DNA from: Octopus sinensis | Lineage: Eukaryota | Assembly: GCF_006345805.1 (NCBI RefSeq) | Contig: NC_043008.1 | Location: forward strand, 56,110,001 to 56,174,000 | Direction of reading: 5' to 3' | Length of the DNA: 64,000 bases | Shown: positions 23,356 through 37,185 of the stretch, one piece after another | Position numbering within the stretch: position 1 is the first letter of the stretch | How the letters are laid out: the number at the start of each line of letters is the position of its first letter | Notes under the pieces: generated by a model | Told to the model about the DNA's origin: nothing | Databases searched by the model: none | The model's input: only the letters and a program-made list of their open reading frames with translations | Program-made: the position numbers and the translations under genes

Positions 23356-25232
23356 GTACGTCACCTTGTAGCCGGTGTTAATGTTTGAGTGTGATGTGCT
23401 TGCTTCCTTAGTTTTTTTGCTCTCCCGATATATGTTGTATAGTTTGGAGTATTTTGGTATTTTTTTTTATTCTATTGATCAGTGGGTTACTTTTACTTTT
23501 TTTTTTATTTCTAAATTTTGTATAGCATCAAGATTTGCTTGTCTTTAATTATCATTAAAGACATCGTTTAATTAGTGTAATGCTGTCATAATTAGCAGAT
23601 AGTCTATAAAAATATCTATCTCCCCATCGCCCCAAAAACTGTTGAATTTCAGTTGTACACTTAAGAATTTGTATCCCTAGCAAACATGTAAAGTTTTGAG
23701 TAGACATGACTATGAGGAAGACTTCAGTTGGTAGCTCAACATGTCAGAAATAGCAGCCAAATCTCCCTCAAAATACACTACCCTTTCATATAAGGACGTT
23801 TTGGATAATATATTCGCAGGGCACATTTTTGCTGAAAATCAATGGGATGGTTCTGGCAGGAATGTTCTCTGATGTGGGGTTAAACATGACTGTTGAGGAA
23901 TCCAGGAATCAGCAACAGGTGGGCAACAGACGAGTAGTCTGTAAACCTTGAATTTGTTCTGGGTTAAACAATAGCTGTAGAGTGGAGCAGGGGTCAACAA
24001 CTGGTAGACCACAGGGAAGTACTTTGTGAGCTTCAGATCTTCCTTGAAATCTTTTACAGATTTAATATATTTGTGGGTCACTGAGCATGGATGGCATTTG
24101 GATAATCTCTTGTGTTATGATTTGTATTATCTTTCCTTATATGACCATTGCCAGTGATGGAAATGCTGGTGGGATATTTGGGGATATTTTTATGTGTAAG
24201 ATATCATATAATATCTGTGCGGACCTATTGGCGATCTTCTATCTTTTTACTTGTTTTGGTTAGTGGGCTGTGGCCATGCTGGGTCACCTCCTGGAAGTTA
24301 AACAAATCGATCGCAGTACTTATTTTTCATCAGTCTCTTTTGCCAAACTGCTAAGTTATGGGGATGTAAACAAACCAACACTGGTTGCCAAGCAGTTGTG
24401 GGGGACAAGCACAAAGACATGCAGGAAGGCAGGCAGATACATAGATAGATCATCATCGTTTAACATGCATTTTCCATGCTGCCATGGACTGGATGGTTTG
24501 ACAAGGTCTTGCAAGCTGCAGGGCTGCACCAAGCTCCGGTGTCAGATTTGCATGGTTTCTATGCTGGATGCCCTTCCTAGTACCGACCTCTCTTTACAGA
24601 GTGTACTGGGTTCATTTTTGGTGACTAGCATTTGTGAGTTGTCCTTGGAAACATGCAAGACAGAAAAGGCAACATGAGGGGCTGGGGAAGTACTCTCTGT
24701 TAAGAGGGGAGTATTTGGGAGAGGAAAGTGGAAGTGGGTTGTTGATTTTAAGTCAGGTGTTGAAATGCTAAAGCATGATTGAAAAACAAGCAAAGGTGTC
24801 TTGCTGTAGAAGAAAGACATGGTTGAAGGAGATAAAAAAAAGGGTCAGCATAAGTGAAGATACAGACAAGAGGTCATGGGAAGAGAGGGGAGAGTGGATA
24901 ATGTTTATAAGGGTTTTTGTAGGGAGCAACAGGTGACTAAAGATAGAGGTAGAGATATAGTAAATTGGGAGGTGCAGTTGAAGGGGATACTAGAATGCAG
25001 GTGGGTAAGGTGAGAGGTATAGAAGTGGCTCAGGAGGGGAAATAGATCAGAAAGAAATAGTAGCATGAGGAGCAGGGGAGAGCAAGATATAGAGGTACAT
25101 AAGGGGTTATAGTAAGTGGGGCATGGTGAACAATATGAGAGGGCATTGAGAAAGAAAGCAGATAAGAGAGGTGTTAAGAATGGAGTATTGTGGAGGGGAG
25201 AGAGCAGTGATTGAACGCACAACAAAGAAGTA

Positions 25233-25411
25233 CTGTATTTTAAAGTGTATAAAGGACCCTCGTGTATAAGGGACCCCTTAATTTTGGGGGCTTAAAATTT
25301 GGTTAAATGGTTTTGTAAGGGATTATAATACTATCCATGTATAAGAAATTCCCATATTTTTTAAACCTAATTTTTGACAAAAAAGGGTTCCTTATACATG
25401 TTAAAATACGG
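25233..25411. mobile_element. pogo/Tigger-like MITE
   Basis: TA-flanked TIRs: ctgtattttaaagtgtataa versus reverse complement ccgtattttaacatgtataa. Confidence 0.65.
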
Positions 25412-25739
25412 TAATTGGTGGAAATAGTATGGGCAGGGATTAATAATGAAGAATGGAAGTGGTTCTAAGATGGGAGGGGAGGTGGAATGTGACCAGAATG
25501 GAGGGGATGTGTTATGTACCAATTCTGCTCTCTGGTAATTAAAAAAGCTGAGTAGTAGCATAATTGGGGGGAGTGACAGTTGTCAGGATGAGAATCAGTG
25601 TGTGTGTGTGAAGGGGGAGGGGAATGTTTACTGTAATAGAGCAGAGGCAGGGGCAGGGCCCTGCACATATAAGCATAACAATGGTTTTAGGGTACCATTT
25701 TTCCTGCTGTATTGGATAGCAAAAAGCACCAACCATCTT

Positions 25740-27230
25740 GGTCCTTTGTCATCGCCTATGTAAGGCTCAGTATTATGGGATCAGCCTTTAATATTTTGTT
25801 CCATGTCTTCTTGGGTTTCCTTCTTCCACAAGTTCCATCCTCTTTAAGTGATCAGCACTGCTTTATGCAACTGTCCTCGTCCAAATGCATCATGTGACCA
25901 GACCAGTGCAGTCTCCTCTCTTACACATTACATCTTGTTCCTCTTATACCTAAATTTTCTCTCACTACATTAGCACTTTGTTGTATCTACACACTGACAT
26001 AGTACAGAGCATAATAGAGTCATTCCTGTCTAGGCTTCACATGTTCTCTGAATTCAAGGTCAATATGTCACTACCATGTAGCATTACTGTATGTTGATAA
26101 GCATCATACAATCTGTCTTTCACTCAGAGAGAGAGAGAGAGAGACCTTTTGTTGCCAACAGAGTTAATGGCTCTCTAAACTTTCTCCATCCTATTCTTAT
26201 TCTAGTAACTACTCTTTAAGAATATCCTCATCCACTGCTGATTAGGTCACCTAGGTAACAGAAACTATTACTACCTGTAAGGTGCCTCCACAGAATTTGA
26301 GAAAATCAGTCTCCTGTGTATCCTTGGTCTTCATGACACCTGTGCATCTTCCACATATAAGCACTACTTTCTCTGTTAACCTTTCTGTGATTTCACTACA
26401 CCTTTTGTGTGTCCATATCTTGCTCCAGGTACACCATTTGAAATAACTGCCTACACCTTTCCTCCGTATTGAACAGAGCCATTTACCTGAAGCAGGTAGA
26501 ATCCTGTCTGTTTTCTTGCTTAGTAAAACTGGTTTTTGCTAAGTTAACTTCAAGGCCTTTGTATTCCAGGTTTTGCTTCCACACCTGGAAAATTTTTTTA
26601 TGATTCTGTTACAGATTCTGTTATGAGAGAAAGGTCATCAGCATTTAGTAGCTTCCAGGAGCAACCAACCTGGAGGACAATGATGAACAGAAGGGGACTA
26701 AAGAACTGAGCCCTGGTGAATGCCTACCTGCATAATAAATTCATCACTGCACCTCTGTCCATGGCTTGTACAGTTTTCACAAGCCATTCATTTATGCCTA
26801 GCTTCCTCAGAGACCACCTCCCATATCATGGAGTGAAGGGCTCTATCAAAGGCTTTCTCCTGATCAGTGAATGCCAAATACAATGGTTATACACTTAGCT
26901 AAATACTTCTGCAGTTGTCTGACCAGGAAGATAACACCAGGATTTCTACCTGACACAAAACTGCATCTCATGTAATCTAACTCTGTTTCTAAAGACTATA
27001 ACTCTCTGTGTGACTTTCATTACCTGCTCTAGCAGTTTGATACCTCTGATACCTCTGAAACTATTTCTCTCTAAGGCATCTCCTTTACTTTTGTAGCAGT
27101 TAATGATAACACTGCCACACCAGTCATCGGGGTGATACCTTTCAGAATAACCTTGATTAACCATCCAAGTGTTTTAAGCATGTCAACAGTAATTCCCAAT
27201 GGATCAGGGGCTATCCTTGTCTTCTGTCTT
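25740..27230 (-). mobile_element. Decayed RTE-clade LINE, reverse transcriptase and C-terminal remnant
   Basis: Minus-strand motifs YKSKGDALERNSFRGI.GIKLLEQVMKV...EMQF, HQGSV, CSWKLLNADDL and RRLHWSGH...GRRKPKKTW. Confidence 0.82.
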
Positions 27231-27255
27231 CTTGTCTCTTATATATATATATATA

Positions 27256-27631
27256 TGAGGGAGAGTCAAAAATTATATGCACTCTTGTTTTTTCAATGTA
27301 TAACTCAGCAGTTCACCATTACCATCTCTTGAGCTTGCTGAATCTTCTCATCAGTGGTGGAGGATGATGGGCATCCTTGTATTGTGCTAAAAGCCTCTGA
27401 TGAATTTCAGCACCTGACACACCTTCCGACCAGAGAAATCGGATCACTGCTCTTTGTTCTTTGGTGGACATTGCTAGTGGAGTGGCCATGCTTACATTGT
27501 AAAGCCAGAAAGAAAAATGGTGCGATGAGGCTCAAACTTTGATTACGTGACCACAATAGTACCAACTATAAGCTCGCATGCGCAGAAGGCAGTGGGACAA
27601 TAATAAAGATAATTTTTTACTTCCCCTCGTG
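27256..27631 (-). mobile_element. Mariner-derived MITE (5' portion plus TIRs)
   Basis: TA-flanked ends tgagggagagtcaaaaattat / cgaggggaagtaaaaaattat. Minus strand retains a mariner-like N-terminus (MATPLAMSTKEQRAVIRFL-like). Confidence 0.7.
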
Positions 27632-29195
27632 TATATGTGTATATATATATGTGGAGGCGCAATGGCCCAGTGGTAAGGGCAGCAGACTCACGGTCGGAGG
27701 ATCGCGGTTTCAATTCCCAGACCGGGCGTTGTGTGTACTTATTGAGCGAAAACACCTAAAAGCTCCACAAGGCTCCGGCACGGGGTGGTGGAGACCCCTG
27801 TTGTACTCTTTCGCCCCAACTTTCTCTCACTCTTTCTTCTGTTGGCGTCATTCGAAGGCTAAAGCAATGCGAAGCACATTGTGACCAGCGATGTGTAGCA
27901 ACATCTGATAGCCTGGTCGGTCACGTGATATATATATATGCACATACACAGAAATGGCTTCCAAATGGTTTCTGTCTATCAAATTCACTCACAAAGTATT
28001 GGTTGACCCAAGGCACTTTTCCAAAGAACTGCATTGAACCCAAACCCATATGGTTGAGCTTAACCACACAGCCATTCCTGCACCTTATGGAGATAAACCA
28101 AGAACTGAGCCCATTACAAAAACGAAGTTGCTGATTCCTGGAATAGACATACCTACAAGACAATTTCCTTTCTCAATTTTAGTCTCAACCATTTCGTTTT
28201 ACTCCCATTATTTATGTTCTTGATAGAGACGTGAACATCGTATAGTCTCTCGTCCCTTGTCTTTCTTTAACTATAAATTCAAAGCTTTGTATCTTGCTAA
28301 GAAAATTAATATTCAATTAATCTAACCCAAAGTAAAAATTCACTGTTTACTGTATTTTCTGGCATACAAGTTGAAATTTCCCAGCAAAAATTTAACAGCC
28401 GAAATAAGGTCGGCTGATTTACACATCAAGGCAACTTTGGAGGGTGAAAAATTCCCTTCCATGTGAAATGCATCAAGATTTGGAATGATAGTGATAATGT
28501 TTGAATGGTTACACATGTTTACACTATATACTATGTTGATTTGTATGCTGGAAAATATGGTAATGTTGGAATTTTGATAGGAGGTGTGGATGAATATCGG
28601 GGGTACTTTTGCCAAAAAAAAAAAAAAAAATCCTAAATCAGTTTGAGAATTCTTTGAAATCCAATCAAATTTGAAAAATAGATTAAATTTACCAGAATGT
28701 TTCTTTAGATTACATCTGATATATCTTTGGTAAAGATTCTCACTACTGATGTTATTGTGCTGTATAACGGTGTGTGTAGTGGTGCTGCTGGTTGTTACAG
28801 TTGTCGTTTTTTGCCGCTGCTGTTGTTCTTGTTGTCGTCCTCGCTTCACTTCTTATTGCACTCAATCATTCACTGACAAACCAACTTGTGTGCGTGTAAC
28901 GCTGCATGGAGAACGTCACAGACATTATTTTTTTTTCTCACCCACAACCACCTCCTGTCAACCCACTCACCTGCTCTTTTTATTCACTTCTTTCATGGTG
29001 TTTTTTTTTTCTTTTACCTGCCTCACAAAACCATTTTTTTTTATTTATGTTTTTGTTTTCATCCCCTGCAATTAATCTGGCCAGAAATATTATTAAAAAG
29101 TTATTTGCTATTTTAGGGGATTTGTAGAATAAGGGTAAGTCATAAATAGAAAGGAAACTAATGCACAATCTAATTACTTTCTTATAACAATGCAT

Positions 29196-29442
29196 GTTAT
29201 AAGAAATAATACAGTTTGATGGTTTGCCTTGTATTTTGATATTTCAATATTTCGGGAATGTGTCTCCTTCTTAGAGAAATCTATGGAAATCTATAGTGTT
29301 ATGTGCTGACTTCTTTGTACTACAGAGAAGTCAGCTCACAATAACATTTCTATAAAGATATCCTGAAAAAGGGATTGTAGCCCTGAAATATTGAAATACA
29401 AAATAATAGTTCTAACCAGTAACATGCATTATTTCTTATAAC
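29196..29442. repeat. ~250-bp imperfect foldback palindrome
   Basis: Three pairing blocks: gttataagaaataat/attatttcttataac, tattttgatatttcaatatttcggg/ccctgaaatattgaaatacaaaata and tgttatgtgctgacttct/agaagtcagctcacaataaca. Centre at ~29320. Confidence 0.8.
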
Positions 29443-29855
29443 TTACATTGTTTTATAATAAAAAGAAATTAAAAACAGATATATCAGACAATGCTTCATA
29501 CAAATTATACTACTCTAATCAGTGATTGTCAGATATGTCTGTTTTCTGTCTCTTTTTTGTTTTAGACACAAGAACTCACAGACACAGACACACATACACA
29601 TGATAACATCTAAATGAAGATTTCAATTAGACAGTAGAACATCTCCCATTTCCTCTTCATGCAAAATAGGCATTGAGTCTAAACTGTTAGGAAAGATTGA
29701 GGAACTGTGGCATTCATACTTTTCCCATTATTGTCAAACACAGATAGGAAAGATATGAACATCACACTTCCTTACTTTGTTTCCCAGAATTTCAGGGTTA
29801 ATGCCTACTAACTGGAGAAAGAAATGAAGAGGTGTATGTTTGTATGTACATATAT

Positions 29856-30933
29856 TTGGCCATCCCATAAGTAATGCATACTGTTCTAACCTTGTCTACA
29901 GAATTTATACTTGTTTCTATCCAAACGATCTTGAAGACTGCGGAATAAATGATAATCAGATGGTGCAATGTCCAGCAAATATGTTGGGTCGAATATCATT
30001 TCCCATTTGAACTGTTCCAGCCTTTGGAATGTCATCCTTGCTGTATGTGGCCGAGCATTATCCTGATGGCAGAACACCTTTCATCTTGAAACCAAAGATG
30101 GTTGTTTTTCTTCTAGTGCTGACTTAGGCCAATCAAGCTGTTCACAGTAGATCTCCTTTGTTATCATTTGGTTTGGGTTTAAAAATTCTGAACCTTTCAT
30201 ATCCCACTACACAGATGACAACACCTTACATGGGTGAAGAGTGCTGGTGTTTTTCCTTTCCTTACCCACTGTCTTCAGGGCTTGACATTTTTATAGAGAA
30301 CCCATTTCTCATCACCAGTCACTATTCGGTCAAAAAAAGGTCCATTTGTGAGACGTGACAGCAAGAAGAGCGCACATTCACGATTAGATTTGGAAAGTTT
30401 GTGAGTAACCCATTGACCCAATTTGCTGACTTTTCCAATGGCACGCAGATACTGCTGAATAGTTGAATAACCAAATCCATGCTTCTCTGCTTGTTCCTCA
30501 ACAGTTGTAATGGGATTTTGTTCCACCAGAGTTTGCAGGACGTCCTCGTCAAGCTCTACAGATCTTCCAGGACAGGGCTTGTCTTCTAGGCTGTAGTTTC
30601 CAGCTTGGAATTTCTGGAAGGAACCAGTGTTGATACTGGCTTACGCTTATTATCCAATCCCCATATACTTCATTAATATTCCTCACACTTCCTGTTGCAT
30701 TGTTGCTTTTATTGAACTCATAAAGCAAAATATGCTGAATATGCTCCTTTGTCACTTCCATTTTGTAAAAATAACTGTTAAAATTGAACTGCACTCTTCA
30801 AAACTTGCACTAAGAACAAGATAGAAATACTCCCTGCTTTTATAGCAAGTTGATGCAGGTAATTTATCCTGTCGCCCTCTGACTTTTAGTTAAAGCAATT
30901 GTAAAAAACTGCATTATTTATGGGATGACCCAG
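29856..30933 (-). mobile_element. Decayed mariner (DD34D) transposon
   Basis: TIRs tgg.catcccataa.taatgca at both ends. Peptides MEVTKEHIQHILLYEFNK, RIVTGDEKWVLY and HQDNARPH...DIAPSDYHLF, with 34-residue D-D spacing. Confidence 0.9.
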
Positions 30934-30956
30934 TGTGTATGCATGTATATATGTAT

Positions 30957-30991
<35 letters not shown>

Positions 30992-31155
30992 GATGTATAC
31001 TTTATTTGTGGGTTAACAAGGCTACCCTTGGTGTCATGTTGAAAGAGATATCTCTCGACATGAAACCAGTGGTATCCTTGTTAACTCTCAAATAAAGAAT
31101 ATTTATCCACCAGTGCAGTGTTGAGCACATATTCTCACTGTTTGATATTAACGTT

Positions 31156-31190
<35 letters not shown>

Positions 31191-31499
31191 GTGCATATAT
31201 ATGTATATAGATGTATATGTATATATATATATATATACATACATACATACACACATATATATATATATATATATTATGATTTACAATAAGACATAGCAAT
31301 ACTAATAAACTGCAGTTAGAACTCAGAACTTTAAAATAAAACATTAGGTGAGTACATGGCATAATGCCAATTAATAAATGGCAAAAGAACAGGAGTTACA
31401 GAATTACCTTCATTAGCTAACAGCTGTTTCTGCTATGTGAAGCACAGCACTCAGAACTGAATGCTTGTGTTCTTCATTTTGATAGGACTGAGGAAAACT

Positions 31500-32000
31500 A
31501 TAGATTCAATACACATTTGATTATATGCACACACATAGAAATGTGCACATAAACAAACACACATGTGCACACACATAAACACATGCTCACAGACATGTGC
31601 ACACGCTTAAACACATACACATACACACACAAATATGTACACATACATAAATACACAGATACACATGTGCACACATAAACACACACACACTCACACAGGC
31701 ATGTGCACACATAAACACACACATACACAAAAATGTGCACTCAGATAAACACATACACAGATACATGTGCACACATAAACACACACACACTCACACAGGC
31801 ATGTGCACACATAAACACACACATACACAAAAATGTGCACACAGACATGTGCACTCAGATAAACACATACACAGATACATGTGCACACATAAACACACAC
31901 AGGCATGTGCACACAAAGACACATGCACACACATAAACACACACACACACGCACACACATAAACACACACAGACGTGCACATACATAAACAAACATACGT
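31500..32000. repeat. (CA)-rich degenerate minisatellite with a recurring atgtgcac motif
   Basis: Directly visible; internal repeats of ~70-130 bp. Confidence 0.85.
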
Positions 32001-32468
32001 GCACCCAGGGATGTAAGTATAGAGTGCTAAGTTTGACTAGATAGAACGTGAGGTATTCATAAAGTAACAAATACATACACACACATGGATTCATTTATAT
32101 ACACTCATGTATGTGTGTATACGATGGAGACTACATATGGGTTTTGAGTAAAGAAGAGACAACAATTCTAGCCAAGTCAAAATGGTAAAAGGAGAACAAC
32201 ATTTCAAACAAACTCAACCAGTTGGACTGGAAATAAACACACCGTAAGCCTTCAAAACAAACACAAAGCTAGTTGGAAGACATAGATGTAGAACTGGTTA
32301 CCTACATATAAATGTGTGTGTGTATGTGCATATATATGTGTGTATGTATGTATATCTGTGTGTATGTAAATATATACACACACATATATATACACAACAC
32401 ATGTACATGCTTGCATACATATTTTATATGTTGCTAGATTATTTGGTTAGAATTATATTCCTTTAGGT

Positions 32469-32506
<38 letters not shown>

Positions 32507-35500
32507 CGTTAGTGTTAGTTATGTTTCTGGCAGAGAATGGTGGGCGGGTGGCCAGTTAATTTTCCTACCTACCCTCTGTCGTTGGTACCAACAGCCTCTG
32601 CTCTGCCGTGCTACATACAGGTGACGTTTTCTCAATGTTTCTTTTAAGTTTCTTCACCATATTTACTACTCTGATCTCTGTTTGATGATTTCCTCACATC
32701 CTCTTCTTCTTCTTCTTCTTCTTCTTTCTGTCACTCGTTTTCCACTCAAATTCTCCAAACATTTATATAACAAGCATGCACTGTACCAAAAATGTTGGGA
32801 GTGAATGGCTGTTCGAAACGGACGAAAGAATTTACAATTGAAATTTTTCAGCTGAGTAACTTCATGGAAAGAATTTGTATGATGTTTACATTTACAACGT
32901 GCTCTGGTTTCTTTGATCTCCGTTTGTCATCGGTTTGTGTTATTTCTTGACATATATATTTCTTTACTACCCACAAGGGGCTAAACATAGAGGGGACAAA
33001 CAAGGACAGACAAAGAGATTAGTCGTTTACATCGACCCAGTGTGAAACTGGTACTTTATTTATCAACCCTGAGAGGATGAAAGGCAAAGTCGGCCTTGGC
33101 GGAATTTGAACTCAGAACGTAACGACAGACGAAATACCGCTAAGCATTTTGCCAGGCGCGCTAACGTTTCTGCCAGCTCGCCGCCTTTTCTTGACATATA
33201 GGGTAAAGAACCTCCTACCGGTCATGAATGACCATGCAATTGTACCTAGAAAGGTCCCTCTGAGGCAGAAGTCCGAATACGGTTTTTTATGGAAGATTAT
33301 CAGTCGCCCATGCATTACTAGTCTCCCCTCCTCTCCACACCACTGATGTTGTCCAAGGGAAAGGCTAAGGCCAAAACAGCTTAGCACCATTGATGCCACA
33401 ACTCATTTCAGCAGCTGAGTGAGCTGGAGCAATGTGATATAAAGTGTCTTATTCAAGAACACAGCACACAGCCTGGTCCAGGAATTGAACTCACTACCTC
33501 ATGATTGAAAGGCTGATGTTCTAACCACTAAGTCATATATTGAAGGTGCATGGTCCTGTAATCAGGGTGTGGCAATCATGATCTCAACATTGTGAGTTAA
33601 ACCAGTCAGCAGAATCTGCATGGATGTCCATTTAAATATATATATATAAACTCATGAGGTATATATATGTAGGTATGTATTTATATATGTACATATATTT
33701 ATATGTGTACACACACACACACTTACAACACATGTATAATGTGAAATGAAGTGTTTCACTCAAGAACACAATATGTGTGCTTGGTCCAGGAATTGAAACC
33801 ACAATCTTATGATGATGAGTCCAACACCCTAACCACTAAGCCACATGTCTCCACTCGTATTTCCATACCCTATAAGCAACATGTCCTATTGTTCAGTAGG
33901 TTTGACACCTGGAGTCCACCTTACTCTGAAAAACTGGTAAAGATTGGTAGATTGTCAAAAGGAAGGGTATCCAGCTGCAGAATGCTGCCTCAAAAAGTCT
34001 CATTCAGCTCATACCTGGATAGAAAAAGTGCAGATGAAATATGTGATAGACTGATTTTAGTCTGGAGCCATGCATACATGGAGGAATAAGACAGCTTTTT
34101 ATCTTCATCATCAGCATCATCATCATTTTAGCAAGCACTTTCCATGTTTGCATGTGTTGGATGGAGTTTATTTGGGGCAAATTTTCTATAGCTGGATGTT
34201 CTTACTGTCCCCAACCCTCACCTATTTCCATGGCTAGATGTGTTCTCACAAAATAATGGAAAGGACTGACATTGCCTGCATGTTTGTCACAATCATTTTA
34301 CAACTGTCATACGATGTTAAAATAAGGTGACACACACACACACACACACACACGCATGCACGCACACACACACACACACACACACATGATTGGTCTCTTT
34401 CATTTTCCATCTACCATATCCACCAACTAAGGTTTTGGTCAGCCAGGGCCATAATAGGAGATGCTTGGCAAAGGTGCCACATAGTGGGACTTGAACCCAA
34501 AGCTATGAGGTTGGGATGCAAACCTCTTACCACTCAACCATGCTTTTGCCTTGATGACTATAATAATGACGATAATCAGGGATCAAATCCAGTGCAATTA
34601 AGTATAGGTGTAAACTTGATACAAATTTTTCCTCCATTTTCTGTAAAGATGATAACAGTCAGTGACAAAATATTTAAAATATTTTTTTAAATGATTCATT
34701 TCAGATATGGGTACATATTGAAGAGTTCCCTTTTTTCTTTCCCCTCCATCATCTAGTGGCTGTATGTATGAGTGCAAACATTTTCTGTTCATATTCTACG
34801 TGGGTGTCTACATTCTGTTTTTGATGACGTTGTGGCTGGAGTTGCTGGTTGTTCTCGTTTTGCCAGATCGAATGTATTTCCTGAGCTGGGATGGAACCTA
34901 ACCGGCCACTCTTTGTATTTCTAGCATGGCATGTTAAAGAAATAACGGTCCCCTTTCTAGAAATCAATGGTAGTTGGTGTGGTGTGTGTGTGTGTGTGTG
35001 TGTGTCTGTCTGTCTGTCTCTACACACATACATAAACGTTTGTATATATAAATGTACATGCATCTGTTGTGTGTACAAGTGTGTGTATGTATGTGTGTAT
35101 GTATACACACAATTACAAATATAAATATATGTGTATGTGTGTGTATATATATATATATATCTGTATGTATGTATTTTTATTGATATAGGCGCAGGAGTGG
35201 CTGTGTGGTAAGTAGCTTGCTAACCAACCACATGGCTCCGGGTTCAGTCCCACTGCGTGGCATCTTGGGCAAGTGTCTTCTGCTATAGCCCCGGGCCGAC
35301 CAATGCCTTGTGAGTGGATTTGGTAGATGGAAACTGAAAGAAGCCTGTCGTATATATGTATATATATATATATGTATGTGTGTGTGTATGTGTGTATGTT
35401 TGTGTGTTTATCCCCCTAGCATTGCTTGACAACCAATGCTGGTGTGTTTTACGTCCCTGTCACTTAGCGGTTCGGCAAAAGAGACCGATAGAATAAGTAC

Positions 35501-35852
35501 TGGGCTTACAAAGAATAAGTCCCGGGGTCGATTTGCTCGACTAAAGGCGGTGCTCCAGCATGGCCGCAGTCAAATGACTGAAACAAGTAAAAGATAACGA
35601 TAAAAGATAAAGATATATATATATCCAAGGAATCTAATGCTCTTTACTTGGTTTTTCCTTGGGGCTGGCCAGATTGGAGCAATCTCAAGATTAATCAGCT
35701 GAAATTGTGAGGATGATCCGGTTCTTGACTGAGGATAAAAGGCTTCGAATGACCTGTCCTTGTTTTTTTGTATCATCTATCTGGATGTTTTGTTGTCCCT
35801 TTTTGTATCACCTAGTTGTCTGGATGTTTTGCGTTCTTGTCCTATTTTGTAT

Positions 35853-35890
<38 letters not shown>

Positions 35891-35989
35891 ATACATACAA
35901 ATACTTCACAGATATGTATATGTGTGTGTGCATATAAATATGTATGGACTGTTGATCCTAAATATTGCTGGCACATAGTGTTAAACTAA

Positions 35990-37060
35990 CAGCTGAGCCT
36001 CAGGCAGTCTAACATTGTTACATCAAGCAGATTGCTTCCATGCTACAGATGAGTTGAAAGGACTGTGGCTCTGCCCTTTGGAGCAATGACATGAAAGACC
36101 TTAGTCTTTGTTCATCTGATACAGATGGTCCTGTACATTGGGTGGCAAGACATTGCCAATAATCCTGGCTTTGAGTGCAGTTGCTTGCATCTTCTTAGTT
36201 GCTTCAGATTGCTTTGAAGGTAGCATGCCATGTTTTCTTGGATCTCTCTCTGTGTCTGTCTGTCTCTCTCTCTGTTTGTCTGTCTGTCTCTATCTCTCTC
36301 TGTCTGTCTCCCTCTCTCTCTCTTATCTCTCTCTTGTCTCTGTCTGTCTCCCTCTTGTCTCTTTCCCTCTCTGTCTCCCTCCCTCTTGTCTCTCTCTCCT
36401 CTGTCTGTCTGTCTCTCTCTCCCTCTTGTCTCTCTCCCTCTTGTCTCTCTCCCTCTCTGTCTGTCTCCCTCTTGTCTCTTTCTCCTCTGTCTGTCTGTCT
36501 CTCTCTCTTGTCTCTTTCCCTCTCTGTCTGTCTCTCTCCCTCTCTGTCTGTCTCCCTCTTGCCTCTCTCTCCTCTGTCTGTCTCTCTCCCTCTCTGTCTG
36601 TCTCTGTCCACTCTCTTTCTTGTCTCTCTCTCTCTCTCCTTCTTCCCTCTCTGCCCCCCCCCTCTGTACGTGTACACATCGTATAGCAGTCTTGAATATT
36701 CATCTTTTTGGCACTTAGAAAACATGACCTGCAAGTTTCACTCTTCTTTCTGCTATAGTCTCCTGCAGGTTGTGCAGACTGGTTCTTCTCTATACCAATG
36801 CCTCATGTGGACAACACAGTCTTGTACCAAAGGTCTCATTCTCTTCATCCGAAGTAAGAACCAGAACCAGAAACTGTCACAGCTTAGACTTCAAAAACCT
36901 ACAACTTTCCAGCATCTTGCCCAGAAATCTACAAGACACAGATGTGTATGAATCGGGGCACACAAACTATTGTGGTACACAAACAAGTCCTGGATCTTCT
37001 GGTTGTAATGTTCATGCATGGAGAAGCCAAAATTTTATTTTAATTCACTCCAATGTCATA
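35990..37060 (-). mobile_element. RTE-like LINE C-terminal remnant split by a ~430-bp (CT)/(CTGT) microsatellite (36240-36660)
   Basis: Minus strand reads NLQETIAERRVKLAGHVSKCQKDEYSRLLY, then RSKKTWHATFK after the microsatellite. Confidence 0.6.
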
Positions 37061-37096
37061 AATGGAGTTTAACGCAGGTGTAATTCAAATACTTTT

Positions 37097-37185
37097 ACTT
37101 CCGACACATGTTTCGAAGATTTCACTGATAGTATTCCAAAGGAATAAAATGGTGTAAAGCAATGTAATCTTCTCTTCAGGAAAGT
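37097..37185 (-). ncRNA. Minimal type I hammerhead ribozyme (Penelope-type), core intact
   Basis: Minus strand reads acuuuc-CUGAAGA-gaagauu...aaucuuc-GAAAC-AUGU-GUC|ggaagu. 6-bp stem I, perfect 7-bp base of stem II, self-complementary stem III. Confidence 0.8.

Noticed and set aside
23356-23371. Read-through of the donor gives EYVTL* (a truncated motor-plus-IQ isoform)
   Set aside because: A short open run after a donor is expected by chance; no poly(A) signal evidence.
36138-36951. 182- and 250-aa Leu/Ser-rich ORFs and an apparent exon at 36769-36853 (cag|...|gtaag)
   Set aside because: The ORFs come from the (CT)n tract. The 85-nt pseudo-exon would shift the Myo9 frame, and the minus strand reads as an RTE C-terminus.
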